From assembly GCA_039964305.1 (NCBI GenBank), contig JBDVXS010000141.1, positions 2,147 to 66,146 on the forward strand: a stretch of DNA of 64,000 bases, given 5' to 3'. The translations under genes and the position numbers were made by a program. The notes below the pieces were generated by a model that was not told the origin of the DNA, ran no database searches, and saw only the letters and a program-made list of their open reading frames with translations. This stretch comes from Hyphomicrobiales bacterium (lineage in GTDB: Bacteria; Pseudomonadota; Alphaproteobacteria; Rhizobiales; JACESI01). Positions 15,702 through 25,734 of the stretch are shown here, piece after piece. The number at the start of each line of letters is the position of its first letter. The first letter of the stretch is position 1.

Positions 15702-15797
15702 CCTGAACTGGGAAATTATTGCCTAGTTGTTGAGGTGGCGAGAACAAGGGCAGTTCTAAACTCAACGCAACTTGTGTGTAGTTTGAGGTGGCATCTA

Positions 15798-17432
15798 GTG
15801 GAAAGCGTTTTATCGACTGTACAAAAAATTGGTCCCGCACGTATTGCGGCCATGGCTGTGGTAACCGCGCTTTTAATAGGCTTTTTTGCGTTTATTACCA
15901 TTCGCGTTTCAAAGCCACCAATGGCCCCACTGTATTCAGATCTTTCTTTTGACGATTCAACTGGCATCGTGGAATTCTTGGAATCTCAAGGAATTGTCTA
16001 TGAACTCAGCAATAATGGTGGCTCAATCTCTATCGATCAGGACAAAATCCTAAGAACCCGCATGGCCCTTGCCTCCGAAGGTCTGCCGCTTGGTGGCAAT
16101 GTTGGTTACGAAATTTTCGATAAGACTGACACGCTAGGCACCACATCCTTTGTTCAAAATATCAATCATGTTCGCGCGCTCGAAGGCGAATTAGCCCGCA
16201 CGATCACTTCAATCAATCGCATTCGTGGCGCCCGCGTTCATTTAGTGATCCCAGAGCGTCAACTTTTCCAACGCGAACAAAAACCACCGACTGCCTCAAT
16301 CGCCCTTAAGGTGCGCGGTGTTTTGGATCAAAGCCAAATTCGTGCAATTCAACACCTTGTAGCATCCGCAATTGACGGTCTTTCGCCAACAAAAGTTTCC
16401 ATCGTTGATGAAACAGGTACTTTGCTTGCCTCCGGTAATGGACCAAGCGGGGCGGGCCTTGCGATGTTAAACGCTCAAAGCCGCGCAACACAGGTTCAAG
16501 ATCAATTGCGTAACCAAATTACAGACCTCTTGACCGGTGTCGTTGGCCAAGGTCGTGCGCGGGTTCAGGTTTCTGCCGAGCTTGAAATGAACCGTGTCAC
16601 GCAAACCTCTGACGTTTATGACCCAGAGAGCCAAGTGGTCCGTTCAACTCAAAGCCGCAGCCAAGAAAGCGAAAGCCAAGAACGTCGTCCAGGCGCTGAA
16701 GTAAGCGTTGGTAACGAGTTGCCAACAGCAACCGCTGAAAACAATGCACCCGACGAGACAGAAGCCACCGCGAATACTGAGGAAGTCGTAAATTACGAAA
16801 TCTCACGCACGACCACGACACAAGTGCAAGAAGCAGGCGCGGTTAAACGTTTGTCTGTGGCGGTGCTTGTTGATGGTACTTACACCAAAAATGAGGATGG
16901 CACTTACACATACGCCCCTCGCACCGATGAAGAACTTGCCCGTCTTGCAACATTAGTTCGGTCTGCCGTTGGATTTAACGAAGGACGTGGCGACAGTGTT
17001 GAAGTTGTCAATCTAGAGTTCGCTGAAAAACCTGTCGAAAATCCTGATTTAGTTGAAGAAGCAGCAGCGTTCGAATTCACCAAATATGATTATTTCCGCA
17101 TTGCAGAATTAGCCGTAATGGCCATTCTCACCCTCTTCGTTCTGCTTCTTGTTGTCCGCCCACTCCTACGCCGCGTACTCGACAATACAGTGCCCGAAAC
17201 ACTCGCTTCTGAACAAATTGCTAATGGTTCAGGAAATCAAAGCGCTTCCACAGGTCTAGACATCCAACAAGTCGGACTTGATCCAAACAACCCTGCTGCA
17301 CAACAAATAGCAGAAGCTGTAAAGCAGGGCGCGGTAAGAGCCGAGGTCGTCAACCAAATTGGTGAAATGGTCACTAACAGCCCTGATGCAGCCGTTGGCG
17401 TCGTCCGCAACTTGATTAAAGAAGCTGCATAA
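15798..17432 (+). CDS. fliF: flagellar M-ring protein
   Basis: N-terminal TM segment (IAAMAVVTALLIGFFAFI), conserved LYSDLS...IV..L...GI.Y and SRMALASEGLP-type motifs, and a C-terminal TM plus FliG-binding tail. The GTG at 15798, with GAGGTGG 8 nt upstream, is preferred over the track start at 15735. Confidence 0.85.
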   Translation: MESVLSTVQKIGPARIAAMAVVTALLIGFFAFITIRVSKPPMAPLYSDLSFDDSTGIVEFLESQGIVYELSNNGGSISIDQDKILRTRMALASEGLPLGGNVGYEIFDKTDTLGTTSFVQNINHVRALEGELARTITSINRIRGARVHLVIPERQLFQREQKPPTASIALKVRGVLDQSQIRAIQHLVASAIDGLSPTKVSIVDETGTLLASGNGPSGAGLAMLNAQSRATQVQDQLRNQITDLLTGVVGQGRARVQVSAELEMNRVTQTSDVYDPESQVVRSTQSRSQESESQERRPGAEVSVGNELPTATAENNAPDETEATANTEEVVNYEISRTTTTQVQEAGAVKRLSVAVLVDGTYTKNEDGTYTYAPRTDEELARLATLVRSAVGFNEGRGDSVEVVNLEFAEKPVENPDLVEEAAAFEFTKYDYFRIAELAVMAILTLFVLLLVVRPLLRRVLDNTVPETLASEQIANGSGNQSASTGLDIQQVGLDPNNPAAQQIAEAVKQGAVRAEVVNQIGEMVTNSPDAAVGVVRNLIKEAA

Positions 17433-18472
17433 TGACCGCTGGATCCATCACAATTAAAAATCGAAATGTCCTTACTGGGGACCTGAGTGGCCCGCAAAAG
17501 GCTGCCGCCCTTATGCTCGCCCTTGGGGAGGAGAATGGAAAAGAGATTTGGACTCGTTTGGATGATGACGAAATTCGAATCATATCCGCTTCTATGTCGC
17601 AGCTTGGCGGCATTCCGCCGTTAGCCTTTGAAGACGTGCTTGTTGATTTCGTATCAAGAATGGCAAGCGACGGCGCAATGACTGGTACAATTTCCAGCAC
17701 AGAACAATTGTTGAGATCATTCCTTCCTGCAGATCGCGTCAACAATATTATGGAAGAAATTCGCGGTCCAGCTGGACGCAACATGTGGGAGAAGCTCTCC
17801 AATGTGCAGGCCAATGTGCTAGCCAGCTATTTGAAGAACGAATACCCACAAACTGTTGCTGTTATTCTTTCCCACATTGCCAGCGAACATGCCGCAGAAG
17901 TGCTGAGCGTGCTGCCTGAAGAATTAGCACTTGAAGTGGTTGGCCGCATGCTTGCGATGGATTCTGTTCAAACCGAAGTTCTTGAACAAATTGAATCGAC
18001 CCTTCGTCAAGAATTCATGACCAACCTCTCACGCAGCAGCAAGCGCGACCCACATGAGATGATGGCAGGGATTTTCAATAATTTTGATCGCCAAACAGAA
18101 GCACGTTTTCTAACCGCCCTTGAAGAAGAAAGTCGCGATTCAGCCGACCGCATCAAACAGCTCATGTTCACCTTTGATGACCTTGGCAAACTTGATGCTG
18201 CTTCTGTGCAAACCTTGTTACGAGACGTGGAAAAATCCGACCTTGCGATCTCTTTGAAAGGCGCGAGTGAAACATTGCGCGAATTCTTCTTCTCCAACAT
18301 GTCACAGCGGGCCGCCAAAATGCTGAAAGACGACATGGAAGCACTTGGCCCAATGCGCCTAAGCGATGTGGATGAAGCGCAAAATAAACTTGTTATGACC
18401 GCGAAGGCCTTGGCCGATGCCGGTGAAATTATTGTCCAGAAGGGCGAGAGTGAAGAAGAGATGATCTATTGA
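17432..18472 (+). CDS. fliG: flagellar motor switch protein
   Basis: GPQKAAALMLALGEE, EYPQTVAVILSH and the C-terminal MFTFDDL...EAQNKLVMTAKALADAGEI motifs are typical of FliG. Its ATG overlaps the fliF stop. Confidence 0.9.
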   Translation: MTAGSITIKNRNVLTGDLSGPQKAAALMLALGEENGKEIWTRLDDDEIRIISASMSQLGGIPPLAFEDVLVDFVSRMASDGAMTGTISSTEQLLRSFLPADRVNNIMEEIRGPAGRNMWEKLSNVQANVLASYLKNEYPQTVAVILSHIASEHAAEVLSVLPEELALEVVGRMLAMDSVQTEVLEQIESTLRQEFMTNLSRSSKRDPHEMMAGIFNNFDRQTEARFLTALEEESRDSADRIKQLMFTFDDLGKLDAASVQTLLRDVEKSDLAISLKGASETLREFFFSNMSQRAAKMLKDDMEALGPMRLSDVDEAQNKLVMTAKALADAGEIIVQKGESEEEMIY

Positions 18473-19155
18473 TGAGCGCAGACATTCAAAAACTTGGAGA
18501 TGCTGCGCCTTTTACTTTTGATGTGAATTTTGCAGCACCGCAAACAGAAAAACCAATCCCAACGGTTTTACTGCCTGACCACGAGCTTGCTTTGAAAGAA
18601 GCAGAAGAGCGTGGCCGCCTCATTGGCCTTGAAGAAGGCAAAGCTGGCGAGGAGGCGCGCCTTGCCAATGAAGCAAGACGGGTGGCCGATGCAGCAGCAG
18701 CCATTCTTGCAGCCATTGACGGTGACCGCACACAGCTGGAACGCGATAGCGCTGCTCTGGCCTTTTCCATTGGTAAAAAACTTGCTGGTGAAGCCCTTTC
18801 ACGGTTTCCGCTGGACAACATTGAAGCCTTGATTAGCGAATGCCTTGGACCTCTTAGAACCACGCCACATCTAGTTGTGCGCCTGCATGAAAAAGATGCG
18901 GCTGCTATTACGGATACCGTTGGAAAATTTGCCCGTGAATCGGGGTTTGACGGGCGCTTTGTTGTCCTAGGTGAACCAGATTTCACCCCCGGTGATTGTC
19001 GGATCGAATGGGCAGATGGCGGTATCATTCGCAATCTCGACACTGTCGAAACAGAAATAGAAACATCCTTTCAACGCTACTTTGCAGCCTTGGACGAAGC
19101 GAAAGCCTCCGCCGATAATGCTGCCAGTCAATCGGAGCAAATGAGCCATGAGTGA
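18469..19155 (+). CDS. fliH: flagellar assembly protein FliH/FlbE-like
   Basis: It occupies the position between fliG and fliN (as flbE does in Caulobacter). It has an Ala/Glu-rich coiled-coil N-terminal half and a FliH-type C-terminal domain (CRIEWADGGIIRN). Confidence 0.6.
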   Translation: MMSADIQKLGDAAPFTFDVNFAAPQTEKPIPTVLLPDHELALKEAEERGRLIGLEEGKAGEEARLANEARRVADAAAAILAAIDGDRTQLERDSAALAFSIGKKLAGEALSRFPLDNIEALISECLGPLRTTPHLVVRLHEKDAAAITDTVGKFARESGFDGRFVVLGEPDFTPGDCRIEWADGGIIRNLDTVETEIETSFQRYFAALDEAKASADNAASQSEQMSHE

Positions 19156-19522
19156 CGAACCTGAAACACCACCAATGACAGAATCGCCAGCTATGGATGA
19201 CGGCAGCGGTGCATCACTTGCGCTGAATGAACATGCCCAACCGTCAAAAGAAACCGATGACGGGATTATCGAAGAGAAAAACCCCGCTGATCTGGAAACC
19301 GTCTTTGATGTGCCGGTTAAAGTCTCAGCCGTACTCGGTCGCTCCCGCATGAAAGTAGCAGACCTGATGAAACTTGATCGCGGGTCCATCTTGGAGCTCG
19401 ACCGAAAAGTTGGTGAGAGCATCGATGTCTTCGTAAATAACCGCCTTATCGCGCGTGGCGAAGTTGTGCTGGTTGATAACCAGCTCGGCGTCACCATGAC
19501 TGAAATAATTGCACAAGATTAG
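19148..19522 (+). CDS. fliN: flagellar motor switch protein FliN (SpoA domain)
   Basis: VPVKVSAVLGRSRMKVADLMKLDRGSILELDRKVGESIDVFVNNRLIARGEVVLVDNQLGVTMTEI is the canonical FliN C-terminal domain. Confidence 0.9.
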   Translation: MSDEPETPPMTESPAMDDGSGASLALNEHAQPSKETDDGIIEEKNPADLETVFDVPVKVSAVLGRSRMKVADLMKLDRGSILELDRKVGESIDVFVNNRLIARGEVVLVDNQLGVTMTEIIAQD

Positions 19523-19534
19523 AAAGATAGAAAA

Positions 19535-20917
19535 ATGCGCCTTCTTATTATTGGACCTTTGAACGGCCAACTTTCTACAGCCACCAAAATCGCGATGGAT
19601 GGCGGTGCGAAAGTGATGCATGTGGATGATGTAGCGGGCGCCATGGCGACGCTGCGTTCGGGCAAGGGTGCTGATCTGCTTTTCGTCGATGTCTCGGTTA
19701 ACATTAGCCAGCTTGTGGGCCAGCTCGATTTTGAGCGTATACACGTACCAATCGTTGCATGCGGTGTGGAAACCAATGCCACTGCTGCGGTTGATGCTAT
19801 TCGTGCAGGTGCAAAAGAATATATTCCTTTGCCACCAGACGCCGAGCTCATTGCCGCTGTTATCCAAGCCGTTGCAAAAGAATCCCTAGAATTCGTTTTC
19901 CGTGACCCTGCTATGGGCCATGTTGTAAAACTTGCAGAACAAATTGCACCATCTGACGCCTCTGTTTTGATCACAGGCGAAAGCGGCACCGGTAAGGAAG
20001 TGGTCGCAAAGTTTGTCCACTCGAAATCCAACCGTTCTGACAAACCATTCATCTCAGTCAATTGTGCGGCAATCCCTGAGCACCTTTTGGAATCTGAATT
20101 ATTCGGCCATGAAAAAGGAGCCTTCACAGGCGCTGTTCAACGCCGCATTGGTAAGTTTGAAGAAGCTGACGGTGGCACATTGCTGCTTGATGAAATCAGC
20201 GAAATGGATGTGCGCCTGCAAGCCAAGCTGTTACGCGCTATCCAAGAGCGGGTAATTGACCGTGTTGGCGGCACGAAGCCTGTTTCCGTCAACATTCGCA
20301 TCCTTGCAACATCAAACCGCAACCTCAAGGAATCCGTCAAGGAAGGCACCTTCCGCGAAGACCTTCTTTACCGCTTGAATGTGGTGAACCTGTCTCTGCC
20401 AGCCCTCAGACAGCGCCCTGATGACATTGTCGCCCTATCAAAGCATTTTGCGATCAAATATGCCAAAGCCAATGGCATGCCCGAACGCGCTTTGAGCCCA
20501 GAAGCCGAACGGCTCGTTCAAGGCAATCCATGGCCGGGCAATGTGCGCGAACTTGAAAATGCAATCCACCGCGCCGTCCTCATTGCAACAGGCGAGGCAA
20601 TCGGCCCTGAAGCGATCATCATGCCAGATGGTTCTGAATTCTCAGATGGAATGATTGGCGCAGCCAGCGACCCTGTTGCCCGCCAAGCAGCCATGACAGC
20701 AGAGGCTGTCACCCGCACCTTGGTCGGCACACCGCTTGCAGAAGTAGAACGCGATTTGATTTTGGACACGCTCGATCATTGTCTAGGTAACCGAACCCAT
20801 GCCGCCAATATCCTCGGCATCTCAATCCGCACCCTACGCAACAAACTACGGCTTTACATGGATGACGGCATTGAAATCCCACAACCCGGTGAAATCAGAA
20901 GCGCGATGGCGGGATAA
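19535..20917 (+). CDS. flbD: sigma-54-dependent transcriptional activator (FlbD-like, flagellar class III/IV regulator)
   Basis: AAA+ core GESGTGKE, the GAFTGA loop (EKGAFTGA), ESELFGHE, and a C-terminal Fis-type HTH (THAANILGISIRTLRNKL). It is the last gene of the fliF-fliG-flbE-fliN-flbD arrangement. Confidence 0.85.
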   Translation: MRLLIIGPLNGQLSTATKIAMDGGAKVMHVDDVAGAMATLRSGKGADLLFVDVSVNISQLVGQLDFERIHVPIVACGVETNATAAVDAIRAGAKEYIPLPPDAELIAAVIQAVAKESLEFVFRDPAMGHVVKLAEQIAPSDASVLITGESGTGKEVVAKFVHSKSNRSDKPFISVNCAAIPEHLLESELFGHEKGAFTGAVQRRIGKFEEADGGTLLLDEISEMDVRLQAKLLRAIQERVIDRVGGTKPVSVNIRILATSNRNLKESVKEGTFREDLLYRLNVVNLSLPALRQRPDDIVALSKHFAIKYAKANGMPERALSPEAERLVQGNPWPGNVRELENAIHRAVLIATGEAIGPEAIIMPDGSEFSDGMIGAASDPVARQAAMTAEAVTRTLVGTPLAEVERDLILDTLDHCLGNRTHAANILGISIRTLRNKLRLYMDDGIEIPQPGEIRSAMAG

Positions 20918-20944
20918 AAGCTTAGAGCTAGAGCACCTACCGCT

Positions 20945-21097
20945 CTAAAACACAAAGCAGTTGGCAAAGTCGGCAATCCGCAGTTCTATCCAGATGGCGG
21001 TGCCTTCATGGGCCCAGGCCATTGTGGCCGCGCCCAAGCTGGTGAATACGCCACCGATGACAAGGGCTACAAATGTGTTTTGGACTGCATAAGACAT
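20945..21097 (-). CDS. possible 50-aa small membrane protein (below the ORF-track threshold)
   Basis: My own translation is MSYAVQNTFVALVIGGVFTSLGAATMAWAHEGTAIWIELRIADFANCFVF, which has one hydrophobic helix. It lies 19 nt downstream of the sco gene on the same strand. The RBS is weak. Confidence 0.25.
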   Translation of the reverse strand: MSYAVQNTFVALVIGGVFTSLGAATMAWAHEGTAIWIELRIADFANCFVF

Positions 21098-21115
21098 CCG
21101 CGAAATATAGCAGAA

Positions 21116-21754
21116 TTAGCTGCGTTTTACCAGCAGGCGAAGTTTCTTCACTGCCGTCTCAGCAAGCTCGCCATAAGAGACGGTTGAGACAAAGTTACCA
21201 TCGCCATCAAGCAAAACAACCGACGCTGTGTGATCCATCGTATAATCACCATCGCCAAGGCGTACTTTGTTTGAATAAATGCGGTAGTTTTTCAAAACCT
21301 GTGACACTTTTTCAGGCGTTCCCGTAAGGCCAACAATGCGATCAGAAAACGTCGTAACATAGTCTTTCATCACTTCAGGACTGTCGCGCTCTGGGTCTAC
21401 GGTCACAAAGTAGCTTTTGATCGATTTGCCCTCATCACCCAATTCTTCAAGCCAGCCATTAATGTCTGACAAGGTGGTTGGGCAGATTTCTGGGCAATGT
21501 GTAAAGCCGAAGAACACAACGCTTGGCGAGCCTTTAAGGGCGGCCTCCGTTACTTTGTTGCCTTCATGGCTTACCAGTTCAAACGGGCCGCCAATTGAGG
21601 CTTTGCCTGTTACCTTGGTCACCGTTTTATTGAGTGAGCCGCTGGTGTCAAAACCGTTGACGTAGAAGTAGCCACCAAAGGCACCACCCGCAATTGCCAC
21701 AAGACCCCACAAAGCATATCGAACATGTTTGATAGACATAAAACCACTCTTCAA
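21116..21754 (-). CDS. SCO family copper chaperone (Sco1/SenC)
   Basis: N-terminal TM anchor, thioredoxin fold with FFGFTHCPEICP (the CxxxCP copper site), and the downstream DHT histidine. Confidence 0.85.
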   Translation of the reverse strand: MKSGFMSIKHVRYALWGLVAIAGGAFGGYFYVNGFDTSGSLNKTVTKVTGKASIGGPFELVSHEGNKVTEAALKGSPSVVFFGFTHCPEICPTTLSDINGWLEELGDEGKSIKSYFVTVDPERDSPEVMKDYVTTFSDRIVGLTGTPEKVSQVLKNYRIYSNKVRLGDGDYTMDHTASVVLLDGDGNFVSTVSYGELAETAVKKLRLLVKRS

Positions 21755-21848
21755 TTTGAACTCTTCGATACATAAGCCAGTTCATAACCAAGCGCAAACT
21801 GACCCACACCATCATTTGATGACTTTTTTGCGAGTGAAATACCAAAAA

Positions 21849-21864
21849 TTAACCTGCCATTAAC
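21849..21864 (+). promoter_or_regulatory. perfect CtrA box upstream of flhA
   Basis: TTAAcctgccaTTAAC equals TTAA-N7-TTAAC. It is followed by the palindrome GGCAAaaaTTGCC (21874-21886) and by ATTGCCTAGT. It lies about 85 nt upstream of the flhA ATG. Confidence 0.6.
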
Positions 21865-21947
21865 CACGAACGCGGCAAAAATTGCCTAGTGGTTCATAGG
21901 GCGAAGTGTGTCCTGTTGAATGTGTGGTGGTTCTGGCTGGACAAATA

Positions 21948-24071
21948 ATGGCAAATACGAGTGTAGGCGATAGTAATTCGGCAGGCGGCGGGGCTTCAGT
22001 CTCCAAGCTGTTTGCCTTCCTGCGCCAAGGTGATATTGGTCTTGCCCTTTGTGTGATCATTATTATCGTGATGCTCATCATGCCAATGCCAGCCTTTATG
22101 CTGGATTTCTTTTTGGCAATTTCCATCACTTTTGCTGTGCTTGTTTTGATGACTGCTTTGTTCATCCAAGCACCGCTTGAGTTTTCCAGCTTTCCAACAG
22201 TTCTGTTGATTGCGACCATGTTGCGCCTTGCGCTCAATCTCGCCTCAACCCGCCTTATCCTTGCCAATGGTCATACGGGTACGGGTGCTGCGGGCAATGT
22301 CATTGAATCCTTCGGCGAGTTTGTCTCGCGCGGTAATTTCATCATTGGTCTGATTGTGTTTGCAATCCTCGTGATTGTGAACTTCATCGTCATCACAAAA
22401 GGTTCTGGCCGTATCGCGGAAGTTGCTGCCCGCTTCACCTTGGATGCGATGCCCGGCAAGCAAATGGCAATTGATGCTGATTTGTCTGCGGGTATTATTT
22501 CAGAAGATGAAGCCCGCCAGCGTCGTAAAGACCTTGAAGATGAAAGCTCTTTCTTTGGTGCCATGGATGGTGCGTCAAAGTTCGTGCGTGGTGACGCGAT
22601 TGCGGGCTTGATGATTACCTTCATCAACGTGGTTGGCGGCATTGTTATTGGTATCATGCAAAAGGATATGTCGTTTGCAGATGCAGGTCGCACCTACACA
22701 TTGCTTACCATCGGTGATGGTTTGGTCAGCCAAATTCCAGCGCTCATTGTTTCAACCGCTGCTGGTATTCTGGTTTCTAAAGCAGGTGTACGCGGTGCTG
22801 CTGATAAGGCGCTTATCAAACAGCTTACCCACTATCCAAAAGCTTTCGGCATGTCATCTTTCGTGATGACCTTCATGGCGTTCTTGCCAGGGATGCCAAC
22901 AATGATCTTCCTTACTTTGTCAGGGGGCGCGGGATATCTCGCCTATGTGGGCTTTAGGAAGAACCAAACCGCCACCAACGAAAAAGCCATGGAAGAAGTC
23001 ATGGCTGAGCAAGAAGAAGGTCAAGCCCAGAAAGAACCTGATATTCGCGATAGCCTGAAAATGGACGACCTGCGCATTGAAGTTGGTTATGGGCTGCTGT
23101 CTTTGATCAATGATAACAACGGATCCGATCGCCTGACTGAGCAGATCAAAGCGCTGCGTCGTCAACTAGCAAACGATCTTGGTTTCGTTATGCCATCTGT
23201 GCGCCTGCTTGATAATTTGCAGCAAAAGCCAAATGATTATGAAATCAAGGTCAAGGAAGTTACCGCCGGGCAAGGTGAGGTCTATCCTGACAAACTGATG
23301 GTCATGGACCCAACAGGCAATAAGGTATCATTGCAAGGCCACACAACAACAGAACCAACCTTTGGCTTGCCCGCAACATGGATCGGTAAAGAACAGCGTC
23401 CTGATGCTGATGCGCTTGGTTATACAGTGGTTGACCCAGCAACGGTTGTGTCCACCCATCTGTCTGAAGTGATGAAAGCCAATGTCTCTGAGCTCTTGTC
23501 CTACTCACTTGTGCAAGACTTGCTTACTGATTTAACCCCACAGCAAACCAAACTGGTTGATGATATGGTGCCGAGCCAAATTACAGTCAGCGGCATTCAA
23601 CGTGTGCTGCAAGGGCTGCTGTCTGAGCGGGTTTCTATTCGCGATCTACCAAGCATCTTGGAAGCGATTGCAGAAGCTGCTGGTGCGATTAACACAACCT
23701 CGGGCTTGGTGGAGCATGTTCGCTCTCGCTTGGCACGTCAAATCACTGCGCAAAACACCTCACCATCTGGTTACTTGCCGATGATTACCCTTTCACCTGA
23801 ATGGGAAACATCCTTTGCAGAAGCGCTGGTTGGTGACGGTGAAGACAAGCAATTGGCCATCGCTCCGTCAAAAATCCAAGAATTTGTGGTGGCTGTGCGC
23901 GAAGGCTTTGAGGAAGCGGCGAGAATGGGTGAGATACCTGTTCTCCTCGCAAGTCCAGGCATCCGCAGCCATGTTCGCTCTATCGTCGATCGGTTCCGCC
24001 CTCAAACAGCAATTCTTTCGCAGGCGGAAGTACACCCACGCGCCAAACTTAAAACGGTTGGAACGATCTAA
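21948..24071 (+). CDS. flhA: flagellar type III export apparatus protein
   Basis: FHIPEP-family N-terminal membrane domain (GNFIIGLIVFAILVIVNFIVITKGSGRIAEVAARFTLDAMPGKQMAIDADL) and a large cytoplasmic C-terminal domain. The ATG at 21948 (MANTSV) is preferred over the track start at 21906. Confidence 0.9.
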   Translation: MANTSVGDSNSAGGGASVSKLFAFLRQGDIGLALCVIIIIVMLIMPMPAFMLDFFLAISITFAVLVLMTALFIQAPLEFSSFPTVLLIATMLRLALNLASTRLILANGHTGTGAAGNVIESFGEFVSRGNFIIGLIVFAILVIVNFIVITKGSGRIAEVAARFTLDAMPGKQMAIDADLSAGIISEDEARQRRKDLEDESSFFGAMDGASKFVRGDAIAGLMITFINVVGGIVIGIMQKDMSFADAGRTYTLLTIGDGLVSQIPALIVSTAAGILVSKAGVRGAADKALIKQLTHYPKAFGMSSFVMTFMAFLPGMPTMIFLTLSGGAGYLAYVGFRKNQTATNEKAMEEVMAEQEEGQAQKEPDIRDSLKMDDLRIEVGYGLLSLINDNNGSDRLTEQIKALRRQLANDLGFVMPSVRLLDNLQQKPNDYEIKVKEVTAGQGEVYPDKLMVMDPTGNKVSLQGHTTTEPTFGLPATWIGKEQRPDADALGYTVVDPATVVSTHLSEVMKANVSELLSYSLVQDLLTDLTPQQTKLVDDMVPSQITVSGIQRVLQGLLSERVSIRDLPSILEAIAEAAGAINTTSGLVEHVRSRLARQITAQNTSPSGYLPMITLSPEWETSFAEALVGDGEDKQLAIAPSKIQEFVVAVREGFEEAARMGEIPVLLASPGIRSHVRSIVDRFRPQTAILSQAEVHPRAKLKTVGTI

Positions 24072-24763
24072 AGCGCTTCAAGCACTTGCTTCAAGAACAC
24101 CGCCAAATCATCAGTTGTGTGATGAACATGGTCTTGGTTGGAAATCATGGTTTCCCACTCCATGCGCGGCACTGAGCCAGTTGGCGGGTCCGTTACCAGC
24201 ACTGTACGCATGCCCATCTCATGGGGCACAGCAAGATTACGCGGCAAATCTTCAAAGAACGCAGCCCGTGTCGGGTCGATGCCCGTAACCTCAAGAAAAT
24301 TCTCATAAGGCGCACGATGTGGCTTTGGCATTAAATCAGATGCGACAATGTCATAGACATGATCAAAAAGGTCGGTGATGCCAAGACGATCCGTGGTGCG
24401 CTTTGCATGGGGAACATCGCCATTGGTAAAAATCACATGACGGCCTGGTAGCTGCTGCAATGCTGCTCGAAGATCGGGCGCATCCTTTACTGGCGCGTAG
24501 TCGATATCATGGACAAAATCCAGATAATCCTTCGGGTTGATTTTCTTCTCAATCATCAAGCCACGCAATGTGGTGCCATAATCGCGATAATAATCTTTCT
24601 GGATTTTACGCGCGTCATCAAACGGCAAATCAAGAAGGTTTTCGATGAAGGCGGTCATCCGCACATCCATCTGCGCAAACAAATCGCATGAACGAGGATA
24701 GAGTGTGTTGTCGAGGTCGAATACCCACGCATCGACGTCTTTAAAGCGTGTTAGGTCTGTCAT
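24068..24763 (-). CDS. pyrimidine 5'-nucleotidase (HAD superfamily)
   Basis: [11 protein letters not shown] is HAD motif I. IFTNGD and FFEDLPRNL are the later HAD motifs. The size and pattern fit the alphaproteobacterial pyrimidine 5'-nucleotidase subfamily. Confidence 0.7.
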   Translation of the reverse strand: MTDLTRFKDVDAWVFDLDNTLYPRSCDLFAQMDVRMTAFIENLLDLPFDDARKIQKDYYRDYGTTLRGLMIEKKINPKDYLDFVHDIDYAPVKDAPDLRAALQQLPGRHVIFTNGDVPHAKRTTDRLGITDLFDHVYDIVASDLMPKPHRAPYENFLEVTGIDPTRAAFFEDLPRNLAVPHEMGMRTVLVTDPPTGSVPRMEWETMISNQDHVHHTTDDLAVFLKQVLEAL

Positions 24764-25650
24764 GGAGTAATCAGTGTCCCAGCACCATGCTCGGTAAATA
24801 TTTCAAGCAGAACCGCGTGTGGTTTTCTACCATCGACGATCACAACACCATTAACGCCTTGCTCGATCGCAGCAATGCAGGTTTCTACCTTAGGAATCAT
24901 ACCACCAGAAACCGTGCCGTCTTTGATCAAGGCTTGCGCCTCTTTGACACTTAGCTCTCTGATAAGCTCACCATTTTTATCAAGCACACCTGCAACATCG
25001 GTCAAAAACAACAAACGTTCAGCCTCTAAGCCACCTGCAACCGCTCCTGCAAACGTATCAGCATTAATGTTATAGGTGTTGCCTTTGTCATCCGATGCGA
25101 CAGGCGCAATAACGGGGACGATGCCCATGTTAAACACCAATTGAAACACGGTCGGCTCAAAATCTACTGGTTCACCGACAAAGCCAAGATCGATAATTTT
25201 CTCAATATTGCTTTCAGGATCGACTTCAGTACGCACCATTTTGCGCGCCTTCATCATATTGCTGTCTTTGCCGCAAAGCCCGATAGCATAGCCGCCTTCT
25301 GCACAAATTGATTGGACAATGTCTTTGTTGATGGAGCCAGCGAGCACCATCTCAACCACTTGAACCGTTTCTTTCGTCGTTACCCGCAGGCCACCCTTAA
25401 ACTCGCTTTCAATTCCCAGTTGATCCAGCATCGCACCAATTTGTGGACCACCACCGTGAACCACAACGGGATCAGCGCCTGATTGACGAAGCAACGTGAT
25501 GTCTTGGGCAAACGCTTTATGAAGCGCCGCATCACCCATCGCATTGCCACCAAATTTAACAACAACCCGCGCACCCTCATAGCGTTGCATATAGGGCAGG
25601 GCTTTTGAGATTATTTCCGCTTGCTTTAAGTAGTCCGTTTCATCACTCAC
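24760..25650 (-). CDS. argB: acetylglutamate kinase
   Basis: [23 protein letters not shown] and [16 protein letters not shown] are canonical ArgB motifs. Confidence 0.9.
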   Translation of the reverse strand: MSDETDYLKQAEIISKALPYMQRYEGARVVVKFGGNAMGDAALHKAFAQDITLLRQSGADPVVVHGGGPQIGAMLDQLGIESEFKGGLRVTTKETVQVVEMVLAGSINKDIVQSICAEGGYAIGLCGKDSNMMKARKMVRTEVDPESNIEKIIDLGFVGEPVDFEPTVFQLVFNMGIVPVIAPVASDDKGNTYNINADTFAGAVAGGLEAERLLFLTDVAGVLDKNGELIRELSVKEAQALIKDGTVSGGMIPKVETCIAAIEQGVNGVVIVDGRKPHAVLLEIFTEHGAGTLITP

Positions 25651-25734
25651 AATAAGTCGCTCGCCATTTACATTGGATGACGCGGTTTAACAGTCTTCAC
25701 AAATGAAGACAACTAACGTGATTGGTTGATGTGT

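Noticed and set aside
17416-20127. Long antisense ORFs (132, 185, 176, 180 and 202 aa) opposite fliG, fliH, fliN and flbD
   Set aside because: Each lies opposite a gene with unambiguous family motifs. The antisense products are Ser/Arg/Ala-rich with no motifs, which is typical of GC-biased third-position shadows.
21906-21947. Cys-rich N-terminal extension of flhA (MCPVECVVVLAGQI)
   Set aside because: It is not part of conserved FlhA N-termini. The ATG at 21948 gives a typical start, although neither start has a strong RBS.
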